A stretch of 64,000 nt of DNA from an uncultured Nitrospiraceae bacterium (GCA_963811165.1 CAWEQH010000004.1:288001-352000); one strand, 5' to 3'; shown: positions 19,439 through 29,573, counted from the first letter of the stretch. The notes: generated from the sequence alone by a model not told the origin. Numbers and translations are program-made.

Positions 19439-20926
19439 GTGAGGACATTTACCCGTAAGCGTTCATATCTCCTTCTTGCTGCAATAGTCATCTGTTCTCT
19501 TTCGGTCCACGCCATCGGCAATATCCTGTGGAAAGATTTGAGGCTTATCAGTGAGCCGCTTCATTCAACCGCCGAGGCCATAGGGGCGACAATCGCCATC
19601 TTCATGGCAATCGTTCTTTTGTGGGGAAAGAAGGAGGAATATGGCGGAAAGCTTTTTCCTATGGCCATGGGTTTTCTCGCAATGGGCCTTCTTGACGGTT
19701 TCCATGCTGCGTTATTATTTGATAGGGGGGCTGTTTTGCTCCGCAGCGTGTCGGGCCTCGCAGGCGGTTTCTGGTTTTCCCTGGTCTGGCTGCCCGGCCT
19801 CGCATCAAAAAAAAAGGCTGGTTGGAAAAGACTGGCCCCATGGCTTGTCGCAGGCAGTTCCGTGGCATTTGGCATATGGACCATATCCGTCAGAGGGACA
19901 TTGCCGGTTATGTTACAGGAAGGACGGTTTACCAATCCTGCTATCTCAATCAATCTCATCGCAGGGGTCTTATTTGCGGTCTCGGCCGTACGATTTGTCA
20001 TCGACTTTCACCGCTCGGAAAGCCCGGAACTTTTCCTCTTTGCATGTATGGCGATACTGTTCAGCATAGCCCAGTTTAGCTTCCCTTTTTCCGCTCCCTG
20101 GGCCACTACCTGGTGGTTGTGGCATGCGCTTCGCCTCATGGCATATGCGTTGGTGTTAGGATTCGCAGTATTCGAGCGCACGGAGGTGGAAGAGGCAGTC
20201 AGGAAACTGAATCAGGACCTGCAGGCCCATGCGGCGGAGCTCGAAGCTTCTTACAGGGACATGGAGAGTTTCAGTTATTCGGCGTCACACGATCTTCGCT
20301 CTCCACTTATAAAAATTCACACTCTCTCCCGTATTCTGCAGAAAGAGTATGCAGACATACTCGATAATAATGGTGGTCAGATGCTGAAGGTTATCCAGGA
20401 AAATGCAAAGAAGATGGAGCAGCTTATCAATGATCTTCTTGCCTTCTCCCGTGTCAGTACAAAAGAGATTCGGACATCTGAAATAAATATGGGGGCGTTA
20501 ACAAAAGAAGTATTCCAGGAATTGGAATCGGCGATAGGAAACCGGCGCGTGCAACTTGAGATGAAAGACCTTCCGCCTGCCTTTTGCGATCGGTCAATGA
20601 TGCGTCAGGTCTTTGCTAACCTTCTGTCGAACGCAATCAAATACACCAAACCGAGGGAGATTGCGATCATCGAGGTAGGCGGCATCAGAGAGGGAAATGA
20701 AACCATCTACTATGTAAAGGATAATGGGGTGGGATTTGATATGGAGAATGCAGACAGACTCTTTACTATTTTTCAGCGGTTACACACTCATGAGGGATTT
20801 GAGGGGACCGGTATCGGGCTCGTAATCGTTAAGAGGATTGTCGAGAAGCATGGGGGAAGAGTGTGGGCGGAAGGAATGCCGAAAGTGGGGGCCAAATTTT
20901 GTTTTGCCTTGCCGATAAAAGAATAA
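19439..20926 (+). CDS. Multi-TM (MASE3-like) sensor histidine kinase
   Basis: About 7 hydrophobic helices with LLDGFHA, SHDLRSP, DNGVG, GTGIGL; AGGAGG RBS. Confidence 0.88.
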   Translation: MRTFTRKRSYLLLAAIVICSLSVHAIGNILWKDLRLISEPLHSTAEAIGATIAIFMAIVLLWGKKEEYGGKLFPMAMGFLAMGLLDGFHAALLFDRGAVLLRSVSGLAGGFWFSLVWLPGLASKKKAGWKRLAPWLVAGSSVAFGIWTISVRGTLPVMLQEGRFTNPAISINLIAGVLFAVSAVRFVIDFHRSESPELFLFACMAILFSIAQFSFPFSAPWATTWWLWHALRLMAYALVLGFAVFERTEVEEAVRKLNQDLQAHAAELEASYRDMESFSYSASHDLRSPLIKIHTLSRILQKEYADILDNNGGQMLKVIQENAKKMEQLINDLLAFSRVSTKEIRTSEINMGALTKEVFQELESAIGNRRVQLEMKDLPPAFCDRSMMRQVFANLLSNAIKYTKPREIAIIEVGGIREGNETIYYVKDNGVGFDMENADRLFTIFQRLHTHEGFEGTGIGLVIVKRIVEKHGGRVWAEGMPKVGAKFCFALPIKE

Positions 20927-21002
20927 CTCGCATGAATTTCATAGTGCTTGCCGGCCGGGCCATTCACGTCCCGAACCCCTTCTGAACACGCAACACCAAG
21001 AT

Positions 21003-21671
21003 TTAGCTGACGGCGCACCAGATTGTGTGCTTGCTGCCGCGGGAACCTCTCGCCCGCACACAGACCTCGTCAACCTCGAAGCCGGCACGGCCCAGCCGTT
21101 TGGCAAAGGCAGTATCGGGACCGGCTGACCATACCGCCAGTACGCCTTTAGGCGTCAGTGCCGCATGCGCGGCATCCAGCCCGGCCTGGGAATAGAGCCA
21201 TTCGTTGCCTTCCCGCGACAGGCCTGCGGGACCATTGTCTACGTCGAGCAGTATGGCGTCGTAGGCCCGGCGCTCAGTCCTGAGAATACCGGCCACGTCG
21301 ACCTCCCGCACAGTGACCCGGGCGTCCTGAAGGGGCCGGCCGGCCAGCTCTGCGAGGGGGCCCCGGTTCCACGTAACTACTGCCGGCACCAGTTCGGCAA
21401 CCACCACCCGACTTCCCGCCCCAAGTCGCCGCAGCGCCGCCGCAGTGGTATATCCCATGCCCAGCCCGCCGATTAAAACGCGCGGACAGTGTTTATCGAC
21501 TATCTTTGCGCCGGCGAGGTCGGCCAGCGCATCCTCCGATCCATGGGCACGACTATTCATGAGTTCACAGCCGTTCACTCTGATCGAGAACTCCTTGCCC
21601 CGCCTGTATAAGCGAAGCTCTCCGGTGCTTCCGGGCACCTGCGCACAATCGAGTAACTCCCAGGGAATCAT
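21003..21671 (-). CDS. Spermidine-synthase-like SAM-dependent transferase
   Basis: VLIGGLGMG, AILLDVDNGP; GAGGTG RBS before MIPWE. Confidence 0.85.
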   Translation of the reverse strand: MIPWELLDCAQVPGSTGELRLYRRGKEFSIRVNGCELMNSRAHGSEDALADLAGAKIVDKHCPRVLIGGLGMGYTTAAALRRLGAGSRVVVAELVPAVVTWNRGPLAELAGRPLQDARVTVREVDVAGILRTERRAYDAILLDVDNGPAGLSREGNEWLYSQAGLDAAHAALTPKGVLAVWSAGPDTAFAKRLGRAGFEVDEVCVRARGSRGSKHTIWCAVS

Positions 21672-21907
21672 GAACACCTCAAAGAAAGAATAATCCAATC
21701 GTTGAAAAAAGATGCATTACTTATATACGTTAATTTTACTAAATATTCCTAACTCTTTGCATCTCCGGGTCTCATTCGGGTCACCGCTTTTTTGTCACAA
21801 GAAACAAAAATGCAGAAAAAGTGCCCGACGGCTTATAATGTCAGCATCGGGGGCTGATGCAGAGGAGTGCTCAGAACCTTCGGTCAGAACGAGAAGGGAA
21901 GAGGGCG

Positions 21908-22129
21908 ATGACCAATAACGATATATTGAAAAAACTTAGAATCGCGCTGGAACTTAAAGATACCGATATTATTGAGATCCTGAAACTTGCAGATTTTGAA
22001 ATTACCAAATCCGAACTCTCCGCGCTTTTCAGGACGCCGGACCACAGAAATTATAAGGAATGCGGCGATCAGATATTGAGAAACTTTCTAAACGGCCTTA
22101 TTATCCGAAACAGAGGAAAAAGACCTTAA
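21908..22129 (+). CDS. DUF1456/YehS family protein, single repeat
   Basis: MTNNDILKKLRIAL...CGDQILRNFLNGLI..RG. Confidence 0.85.
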   Translation: MTNNDILKKLRIALELKDTDIIEILKLADFEITKSELSALFRTPDHRNYKECGDQILRNFLNGLIIRNRGKRP

Positions 22130-22222
22130 GTCCGCCCAAAATACTCTGAGAAGGTATGACTTTAGGGGTTTTCGAGAGATAATGTGATTACTGAGATAAC
22201 GAAAGTTTTAAAGGAGGATTAT

Positions 22223-22747
22223 ATGAACAGGGATTTTTTAAATGTAATTTACACTCGCAGAAGTGTTCGCAAATTCACGGGGGAAAAAGTGAAGAAGGAT
22301 GACCTCATGGTGATTCTCAGGGCCGGCATGTCCGCGCCTTCGGCGGTGAATATTCAGCCCTGGGCCTTTGTCGCGGTAACGGACAGGGCCACACTGGATG
22401 AACTCTGCAGGACGCTTCCGTACGCGAAGATGCTTGATAAGGCCGGGGCAGCGATCATCGTCTGCGGTGTTCCGGACAAAGACGACACATTTGCGAAAGA
22501 TTACTGGGTCATGGATTGCTCACTGGCATCCGGAAATATTCTTCTCGCCGCGCACGCCCTGGGGTACGGCGCGGTATGGACGGCCGCGTATGTGGACAGT
22601 GAAAGGGTCGGGAATGTAAGAAGGATTTTGTCTATTCCTGAAAATATAATCCCGCTAAATGTAATACCGATAGGCGTGCCTGCAGACAGAGACGGAAAAC
22701 CTCTGGATAAATTCAAACAGGAAAACATTCACTGGGAGAAGTGGTAA
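22223..22747 (+). CDS. Nitroreductase family protein
   Basis: RRSVRKF, APSAVNIQPW, LGYGAVW; AGGAGG RBS. Confidence 0.93.
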   Translation: MNRDFLNVIYTRRSVRKFTGEKVKKDDLMVILRAGMSAPSAVNIQPWAFVAVTDRATLDELCRTLPYAKMLDKAGAAIIVCGVPDKDDTFAKDYWVMDCSLASGNILLAAHALGYGAVWTAAYVDSERVGNVRRILSIPENIIPLNVIPIGVPADRDGKPLDKFKQENIHWEKW

Positions 22748-22802
22748 TATATGACAAAGCAGGACCTGATTCATAGTAGGTCCTGCCCCTATTTTTTCTC
22801 TT

Positions 22803-23315
22803 TCAGCCGGCTTTTGTCCCCCGAAGACCGAGGGCCTGCACTATCTCATTCAGGTGATCAATATGAAAGCCGATGTGGAAATTTCCGAGTCCGAATGCCC
22901 ACTGGGCCAGGGTCGGATACTCTCCGAGGGGCGAGTCCTTGAGCATGGGGATATGGGCCTTTCTTTCAAGCTGTTCTTTAGTGAGACCTTCGACAAAGGC
23001 CGCAATGCCCTCGTATTCCCGGTCAAATTCGGCAAGAAGTTCTGCAACGGTCATCCTGCTTCGCTTGCCTCCCCAGAAGGGGTTTTCAGCCTTCATGTCT
23101 ATTTCGGGTGTCTCCAGATCGATGAATGCCTTAAGCGTGGGGAGATGCCCTATCCCCTCCGGACCGCAGAGGTGTGAGATGACCTGTTTGGGCGACCACC
23201 GGCCCTCCGGCGCCCGGGACGACCCCTCTTCATCTACTCCCTGGCAAGACTTCTTGAATTCGGCCGCCTTCCCGCGTATCCCTTGCGCGATTTCTTTTCC
23301 ATTTTGGTCAGCCAT
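22803..23315 (-). CDS. DinB-like four-helix protein
   Basis: WSPKQVISHL and H...H motifs; AGGAGG RBS. Confidence 0.75.
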   Translation of the reverse strand: MADQNGKEIAQGIRGKAAEFKKSCQGVDEEGSSRAPEGRWSPKQVISHLCGPEGIGHLPTLKAFIDLETPEIDMKAENPFWGGKRSRMTVAELLAEFDREYEGIAAFVEGLTKEQLERKAHIPMLKDSPLGEYPTLAQWAFGLGNFHIGFHIDHLNEIVQALGLRGTKAG

Positions 23316-23532
23316 ATTATTTTTGCCTCCTTTTATGTATCATGGGCCGTTTCACGCTCCGGCATGAACAGGGCCGGCTACGCACCTGTTCATGCCGCGT
23401 ACTCCCCTAAAGGAGATAGTAGCAGGAAAATCTGCCTTTGCCTATCCAAAGACTGATGCAGGGGCGAACGGTCGGTGCGTCGCGGAGGCGGCGGTTTGCC
23501 CCGGCAGAATACCGAGGGTTTTCTAAAGGGGT

Positions 23533-23763
23533 TTACTCCCGGTTCTCCCTTTTGTATCTCAGATACAAAGCTTCAACTTTATTCCTGGCCCAAGGGGTCT
23601 TTCTGAGAAATTGCAGGCTGGATTTGATGCTCGGGTCGTTAGTAAAACACCTGATACGGATGATTCTTCCCATTTCCTCCCAGCCATAATGTTCCACCAG
23701 CCGGGTCAGAATCATTTCCAATGTAACGCCGTGAAGAGGATCGTTGGATTTTCGCTCAGTCAT
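23533..23763 (-). CDS. DUF2132/VF530 family protein
   Basis: [14 protein letters not shown]...[19 protein letters not shown]. Confidence 0.9.
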   Translation of the reverse strand: MTERKSNDPLHGVTLEMILTRLVEHYGWEEMGRIIRIRCFTNDPSIKSSLQFLRKTPWARNKVEALYLRYKRENRE

Positions 23764-23775
23764 GTCTCAGTCCGA

Positions 23776-24609
23776 TTAATGGCGTATGTTCTCTTTCCGT
23801 GACGGTTCTGAAAGTATACACGTATCCAGACCTAAAACCTCGATTTTTTTGCTGCGCGTTAATTTTTTTAAATGATACTCGAGACTTCTCGCTTCTCCGG
23901 CATTTTTGCAGTGTATAGTCTTAATCAATGAAAAGGGCCTCCATGATCTTACAAATTTGCTGCCCCTTCCGTGCTCATGTTCCTTAAGCCGTCTCTCAAG
24001 ATTATTTGTCATACCGATATAAAAATAATTATTGCTGCATGTAAGCACGTAGACGCACCAGCCTTCATTATGCCCTTTCTTTGGCGGGTCTTTTGCTGCG
24101 CCTGCATACTCATCTGTCCAGAGTCTTAACGCCTTTCTCACTTTCTTATCTACAAATGAAAAAATACGGTGGGCGTTGTCGTTGAGGCCTGTTCGGGAAT
24201 GCCCTTTCACCTTGATGACCTCAAAACCTAATTCGTCGTGGAATTCGTAAAATGCGCGATAAAGCGCGGCGTTCCTTAAGGGCAGATTCGACCTTTTAGA
24301 AAGGAAGTCGCGGGCAAGCAGGCCGGCTCTTCTTTTGAGGAGACCTGAGACGCATTGGGAATCCGAATATAGGTATAGTTTCCCGGGTCCGGAAATCTTT
24401 GGGCTCTTTCGATACTCTTGCAGGGCCCATAAGACTGTTTGGAGTTCCAGTTTTGTCGAAGAAGTATCTTCAAATCTTCGCACCTTTACCATGCCGGCTA
24501 ATTCGGACTTTTCAATAAGTAATGAAGCGGGAAGAACGACATAGGCGCCTACGCCGAACTTATTCCCGGGAGCCAGACTCACATCGCTAAAAAGTGCTAT
24601 ATCGTTCAT
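23776..24609 (-). CDS. RNase H-like domain fused to a GIY-YIG nuclease
   Basis: FSDVS, KLELQ, YSDSQ, KVKGHS, FVD; then VYVL..FYIGMTNNLERRLKEH...LE. Confidence 0.85.
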   Translation of the reverse strand: MNDIALFSDVSLAPGNKFGVGAYVVLPASLLIEKSELAGMVKVRRFEDTSSTKLELQTVLWALQEYRKSPKISGPGKLYLYSDSQCVSGLLKRRAGLLARDFLSKRSNLPLRNAALYRAFYEFHDELGFEVIKVKGHSRTGLNDNAHRIFSFVDKKVRKALRLWTDEYAGAAKDPPKKGHNEGWCVYVLTCSNNYFYIGMTNNLERRLKEHEHGRGSKFVRSWRPFSLIKTIHCKNAGEARSLEYHLKKLTRSKKIEVLGLDTCILSEPSRKENIRH

Positions 24610-24795
24610 AACCGATCGTTAGGGCTTGAGACCAAAAGCAAAAAGTGCCATTAACTATTTTACACGAAGTGATAGCGTCCCAAGAGTTCCCGGAATAACC
24701 CTTGGTGGGAATGCCGTGACGCGAAGCCGGCTATCAGTTTCGTTTCTGCCGCAACGTATGATATTCTTTAACTATGGGAAAATGGGATAGGTAGT

Positions 24796-25329
24796 ATGAC
24801 CGGAAAAAGACGTCATAAGAGAATTATTAAGCGTCTTAATACCGAGTTTTCCTCGGAGGGTTCAAGCTTCCGCGGCACCTCCAGCAACCTCTCCGAAAGC
24901 GGCTTTTTTCTAAGAACAATAAAACCGCTGTCCCCCGGCACTCAGGTAGATGTGAGGATTCAACTGCCTGATAATGTGGTCTCAAGACTTAAGGGCACTG
25001 TCCGCTGGAGCTTAAAGTCCGCGATGAGGAACGGGAGGTCGGGTATGGGGATCGAGATCAGCGAAAATGACCGCCACTATGTCGATTTCCTTAACCCCTT
25101 TTTACCCCCCGGGGAGCAGATACGTTATGAAAAAAAGAGGAAGGCTGCGCAAGCGCCTCCTGCTGCAAAGACCGAGCATGCCGCCCAGCGAGGGAGCGGA
25201 CCCGTTCCGCATCCGAAAAGCCCGCCCGCAGCCGTCCGGAAGAGCGCCCACGAAACAGAGGACAACGAGATCGATTCATTGATATCCTCGCTATTTTCCA
25301 AGCGTGAGAAAAAAAAGGGTGAGCAGTAG
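24796..25329 (+). CDS. PilZ domain protein with Pro/Ala/Lys-rich tail
   Basis: RRHKR, NLSESG, GMGIE. Confidence 0.85.
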   Translation: MTGKRRHKRIIKRLNTEFSSEGSSFRGTSSNLSESGFFLRTIKPLSPGTQVDVRIQLPDNVVSRLKGTVRWSLKSAMRNGRSGMGIEISENDRHYVDFLNPFLPPGEQIRYEKKRKAAQAPPAAKTEHAAQRGSGPVPHPKSPPAAVRKSAHETEDNEIDSLISSLFSKREKKKGEQ

Positions 25330-25419
25330 GGACCCGTTGCACCATGCCCCTGCATCCTAAACGGCTGGTTATTCCGTCGGGAAATAAATAATGGTGAAAA
25401 AAAACAGAGGGAAGGGAAA

Positions 25420-25635
25420 ATGATCATATTAATAGGTGTGTTGGTCATCGTAGCCGTGGTGGCGGTTTTTTCGGTACAGAATGCAGTACCGGTTGTAATT
25501 TCATTTCTCTTCTGGAAATTTGAGGCTTCCCTGGCAATCGTTCTGTTCCTCTCTGTCGTGGCAGGCGTGGTTGTAGGTGTCAGTGCGGTATCCCTATTTA
25601 AACTGAGGTCGGCAGGGAAAACAAAAATCAAGTGA
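25420..25635 (+). CDS. LapA/DUF1049 family small membrane protein
   Basis: FSVQN..V.I.FLFW....SLA between two TM helices. Confidence 0.8.
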   Translation: MIILIGVLVIVAVVAVFSVQNAVPVVISFLFWKFEASLAIVLFLSVVAGVVVGVSAVSLFKLRSAGKTKIK

Positions 25636-25664
25636 CCGGCACTGCTCTTCGCGCACAAAAACAT

Positions 25665-26798
25665 ATGAAGACAGCCTTTATTTACTCAGACGACTTCGCG
25701 AAGTACGACTACGGGGTGGGGCATCCGCTAAAGCCCTTCAGGCTGAAGCTCACCTATGAGCTGGCAAAGGCCTACGGACTTCTCTCTCTTTCAGATACCA
25801 TCTTGGTCGAGGCAAGACCTGCGGAGGAGGAAGACCTGCTTCTTTATCACACAAGGGATTACATCGAGTTCCTGAAGGCCGCAAACGGAGGGATCGAGAT
25901 ACCCGAAGAGGAACGGTATGGCCTCGGCAGAGGTGATAACCCCATATTCGAAGGGGTCTTCGGATGGTCGAGGCTTGTGACCGGCGCATCTCTTCAGGCT
26001 GCGGAGCTCATTGAAAGCGGCGAGGTCCGGATCGCTTTCAACATCTCCGGCGGCCTCCACCATGCACTCGCATCGCGCGCTTCCGGGTTCTGTTATATAA
26101 ACGACCCGGTAATCGTCATCTCCTCTCTTTTGAAAAAGGGAAGAAGGGTAGCCTATATCGACATCGACGCCCATCACGGCGACGGCGTGCAGGAGGCGTT
26201 TTACCATACCGATAAGGTATTGACGATTTCGCTCCACGAATCAGGCAACTACCTCTTCCCCGGCACAGGCTTCGAAGGCGAGACAGGCGAAGGAGAAGGG
26301 AGAGGCTATTCAGTAAACATCCCAATGCCTCCTTCCTCTGACGACGAGCTCTTTGTTTACGCCTTCAACGAGGTCGTTCCGCCGCTCATCGAGAGGTTCA
26401 GGCCGGACATCGTCGTAGGGCAGCTCGGCGTAGACTCATTCCTCACAGACCCGCTCGCCCACCTGAACTATACGACGAACGGTTTTTGCGAGGTCGTGAA
26501 AAAGATGAAAGAGCTCTCGCCCAAATGGATAGCCCTGGGAGGAGGAGGATACGAGATAACCAACGTGGCCAGGGCGTGGACCCTCGCCTGGGCGATCATG
26601 AATGACGTCGAACTGCCGGATGTGCTGCCCGAGGCGTTCCTCGACCAATATCCCCTTGAGGGGTTCAGGAGCCGGAAGCTCAGAGACGAGGAGTACCATG
26701 AGGAAGGTGCGAAAAAAGAGATGATGAGGGACGAGGTCCGGAGGGTCGCGGCCAGGATCAGGGAAAAAGTGTTCCCGCTGATAAACCATCCAACATAG
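25665..26798 (+). CDS. acuC: AcuC/histone-deacetylase family protein deacylase
   Basis: HPLKP.R, GGLHHA, SGFCYIND, DIDAHHGDG, GGGGY. Confidence 0.92.
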   Translation: MKTAFIYSDDFAKYDYGVGHPLKPFRLKLTYELAKAYGLLSLSDTILVEARPAEEEDLLLYHTRDYIEFLKAANGGIEIPEEERYGLGRGDNPIFEGVFGWSRLVTGASLQAAELIESGEVRIAFNISGGLHHALASRASGFCYINDPVIVISSLLKKGRRVAYIDIDAHHGDGVQEAFYHTDKVLTISLHESGNYLFPGTGFEGETGEGEGRGYSVNIPMPPSSDDELFVYAFNEVVPPLIERFRPDIVVGQLGVDSFLTDPLAHLNYTTNGFCEVVKKMKELSPKWIALGGGGYEITNVARAWTLAWAIMNDVELPDVLPEAFLDQYPLEGFRSRKLRDEEYHEEGAKKEMMRDEVRRVAARIREKVFPLINHPT

Positions 26799-26817
26799 AG
26801 AGAATTGAAGCCTTCCG

Positions 26818-26845
26818 GGATGGGCTCAGCCCATCCTCTATTTTT
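26818..26845 (+). terminator. Possible terminator after acuC
   Basis: GGATGGGC-tca-GCCCATCC followed by TCTATTTTT. Confidence 0.5.
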
Positions 26846-26935
26846 CCCCTGCTCTTTTCCCGCACCACTTCGCACCCATCTCTTGATAATCCCACGAAGA
26901 AGGATAAAAGCCACGGCATAATGTAAACAAGTCGG

Positions 26936-27361
26936 CTATTTCTTGATTATCGTTGTTGCCTCAGCCCCTTTCGGCACCAACATGCTTACCGCCACCCTCG
27001 CGGTTGTGCTGCCGGCATTGACAGCCGAATGTATATCTCCGGGATTTTCCGTCCAATTCCCGCCTGTTTTTATTATCCTCTCTGTGCCTTTCTCCCTAAG
27101 GGTAATCTCACCGCTGAGTACCGTCACGAGCGCGTGTCCGCCATGGAAATGTTCGGGAAAGCCCGCGCCAGGCGGAAAATCGAATATAATGTTGACCAAA
27201 TCATATCCTCCGGCCTGTACCTCGACCGGGAGCGCTGCCTTATAAACGACTGAAGGGGCAGGCATTGCAGTTTGATCTGTTTTCTCCCCGGCTATTGCTG
27301 TAGAGACTAAGAGAAACATTACAAGACACACTAATGAAAATAGCTTCACGGATTTCATCAC
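26936..27361 (-). CDS. Secreted cupin domain protein
   Basis: Signal peptide; PG..FPEHFH, VLSGE, ENPGDIHSAVN. Confidence 0.85.
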   Translation of the reverse strand: MMKSVKLFSLVCLVMFLLVSTAIAGEKTDQTAMPAPSVVYKAALPVEVQAGGYDLVNIIFDFPPGAGFPEHFHGGHALVTVLSGEITLREKGTERIIKTGGNWTENPGDIHSAVNAGSTTARVAVSMLVPKGAEATTIIKK

Positions 27362-27410
27362 ATTCCTCCTTGTTTACCCTGCTAGAAAGTCGAAGGTCTT
27401 CTCACGGGGT

Positions 27411-27932
27411 TTATTTGCCGATCTTCTCCGTCATTATAAAGTCGTTGGTCTTATTGCCTCCGTGACAACTGATACAGGCCGCCACCTTTCCCGACGCCAG
27501 CACTTTTCCGTACGGCTCGTACTTCGCCCAGAACCAGTCACCGGCGGAAGGATTATAGCCATTGATCTTGTACATGACCGTGAGGGCCGCCATTTTTTTC
27601 CGGGGCGTGTAATTCTCCTTCACGATAATTGAACTGTCGGGCATCCTTCCTTTTTTGTCCCGTACAGAAAAATATGCATCGTTGTTTACGTAGGTAGTCA
27701 GGAATGAACCGTGAGGCTCTCTGCCTTTGTAGAGACTGCCCTTTCCCGGCCAGAGTTCCCACTTGTCGTAGGGATTGTCTTTTGTGATGTAAGCATACAA
27801 CGTTGCGGCATCCGCTGCAGGCAGGGGCACTGTCGTCTCCGCCGGCTTTTCCTCATGGATGGCATAGGCAACAGCGGTAACGCCGATGAGCAAGACCACG
27901 GCCCAGAAAACTGCGCATAACTTCTTTTTCAT
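27411..27932 (-). CDS. Cytochrome P460 / c'-beta family protein
   Basis: Signal peptide, IIVKENY, TVMYK, GDWFWAKY, C-terminal CISCH; GGGAGG RBS before MKKK. Confidence 0.82.
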   Translation of the reverse strand: MKKKLCAVFWAVVLLIGVTAVAYAIHEEKPAETTVPLPAADAATLYAYITKDNPYDKWELWPGKGSLYKGREPHGSFLTTYVNNDAYFSVRDKKGRMPDSSIIVKENYTPRKKMAALTVMYKINGYNPSAGDWFWAKYEPYGKVLASGKVAACISCHGGNKTNDFIMTEKIGK

Positions 27933-28098
27933 TGTCCGACCTCCCTTATTGATGGGTTGGAATTGAGCGCTGATAATCATAACTTATCACGCGGAAAAAT
28001 ATTGTCAACTCCATTACGGCTGCTGCTTTGAGTTTCAGTGCCTTCTTCCCCCTGCGGTGTCTTGTTTCTCCGTTTCCCGCACAAAAAGACAGTTTTTT

Positions 28099-29514
28099 CT
28101 ACCGGGTCATCCAGGAACGCGACCGCAGGGTGAAAAGTGCATAAGGAAATATCCAGAAAAGGGTAAAGGCCGAAAAATACGAGTAGAGAATGCTGTAGAC
28201 AAAATTCCAGGACCGTTCGGAGCGCAAGTAATAGAGCGCATTGAGGGACGACATTACTCCGATGGCGAACATAAAGCGGATGATCGTCATCGGCTCATGA
28301 ATGCACTTGTATGAAAGCAATCCCAGTGCCGCGTAACTCATCGGAATGCGGAAGTTCCGCACGCATAAATCCACAAGCGTGATAGTGCGGGACAGCAGCG
28401 GCCGTTTCCAGAGGATCCCGAACAACCGCAGTTCCTCTTTTATGTAACTTCTTTCCCACCGTAAGTACATCCGGGTCAATTTCCCGTAGGTGTGGGGCGC
28501 TACCGTATGCACGACGGCCGTCCGTTGATATACGGTGTCGTATCCCCGGGAAAGCATAAAGTTTGTCATGGAGCGGTCCTCTCCGTAGGTGCAGGGCTCG
28601 CCGAGAAAGGTCTGCTTCATCCACTGATCGAGCACCTCTCTGACGGCGGATATGCGGTATGCAGACAGCGCCCCCGGACAGCAGTACACAGCTCCATAGG
28701 TAGACTGGGCGGCGCGCAGGAAGTCGAAAGAAAGGACGTACCGGACATGGAGCATCCGCGGAAGGATTCCTTTGTCTTTGTTGTAGACGGCCACTTTCCC
28801 GGCTACGACCCCGACTCTGGGATTGCGAAAAGGGCCGGCAAGCGCAAGGAGCGCATTGTTTTCGATGACGCTGTCGGAATCGATCGTGATCGCTATTTCT
28901 CCTGAGGCACGCAAGAAACCTTCTTCTAAAGCGGCACGTTTGCCGCGGTTCTGCGGGAAACGCAGTGGTTTTACAAGGCCTGGATGGCGCAAAACCGCCC
29001 TCATAATATACTTCCAGGTGTCGTCTTTACTTCCGTCATCGATGACGATAATTTCGAGCTTTTCACGGGGATACCTCGCCGCGACCACCGAATCGATCGA
29101 TTTTTCGACCATGGGCCCTTCGTTATAGGCAGGGATAATTACGGTCACGGAGGGAGCATCCGCGAACCCCGCAGGAGCAAACGGCCTGTACCAGACCCAA
29201 AGAAGCGTCCGGAAAAGCAGGAGCAGGGAACCCATCAGTCCCCAAATGATACTCGGACGGATAATGAACCGGGCCCACTGGGAGGTTCCGGCGTAATTAA
29301 GCAGGGGCTGGAATGCACGGTGAAAAACACCCGCGTAGACTATCAGGGAGAGCGCTGCAATGATCAGGACCGGGATTAACCAGTCCCACAACGGTTGAAG
29401 CGGTTCCGACATCGTGTATCGAGCGGTGTCGAGAAGATGTTCTGCCTTTTGATCGGACACAAGAGACATTTCAGTTGCCCTTTCATGACTTCGGTTCTCA
29501 CGCATCCATTCCAT
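28099..29514 (-). CDS. Processive GT2 glycosyltransferase (hyaluronan synthase/NodC/IcaA-like)
   Basis: IPAYNE, DDGS, DSDS, PGALSAYR, GEDR, xxxRW; flanking TM helices. Confidence 0.88.
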   Translation of the reverse strand: MEWMRENRSHERATEMSLVSDQKAEHLLDTARYTMSEPLQPLWDWLIPVLIIAALSLIVYAGVFHRAFQPLLNYAGTSQWARFIIRPSIIWGLMGSLLLLFRTLLWVWYRPFAPAGFADAPSVTVIIPAYNEGPMVEKSIDSVVAARYPREKLEIIVIDDGSKDDTWKYIMRAVLRHPGLVKPLRFPQNRGKRAALEEGFLRASGEIAITIDSDSVIENNALLALAGPFRNPRVGVVAGKVAVYNKDKGILPRMLHVRYVLSFDFLRAAQSTYGAVYCCPGALSAYRISAVREVLDQWMKQTFLGEPCTYGEDRSMTNFMLSRGYDTVYQRTAVVHTVAPHTYGKLTRMYLRWERSYIKEELRLFGILWKRPLLSRTITLVDLCVRNFRIPMSYAALGLLSYKCIHEPMTIIRFMFAIGVMSSLNALYYLRSERSWNFVYSILYSYFSAFTLFWIFPYALFTLRSRSWMTR

Positions 29515-29544
29515 GAATGGAACTCGGCTGTTATTTAAACCTTA

Positions 29545-29573
29545 AAATTAACATTCCCAAAAGAGTATGTCAA
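29545..29573 (-). promoter_or_regulatory. Sigma70 promoter for the GT2 gene
   Basis: TTGACA-17-TAATTT with TG extension. Confidence 0.5.

Noticed and set aside
23400..23505. c-di-GMP-I or yybP riboswitch (GGCAAACC and GGGGAGTA on the minus strand)
   Set aside because: Lacks the GNRA-capped stem and the remaining conserved elements
24637..24650. Sigma54-like TGGCACTTTTTGCT upstream of the RNase H fusion
   Set aside because: GG-to-GC spacing is 8 nt, not the required 10
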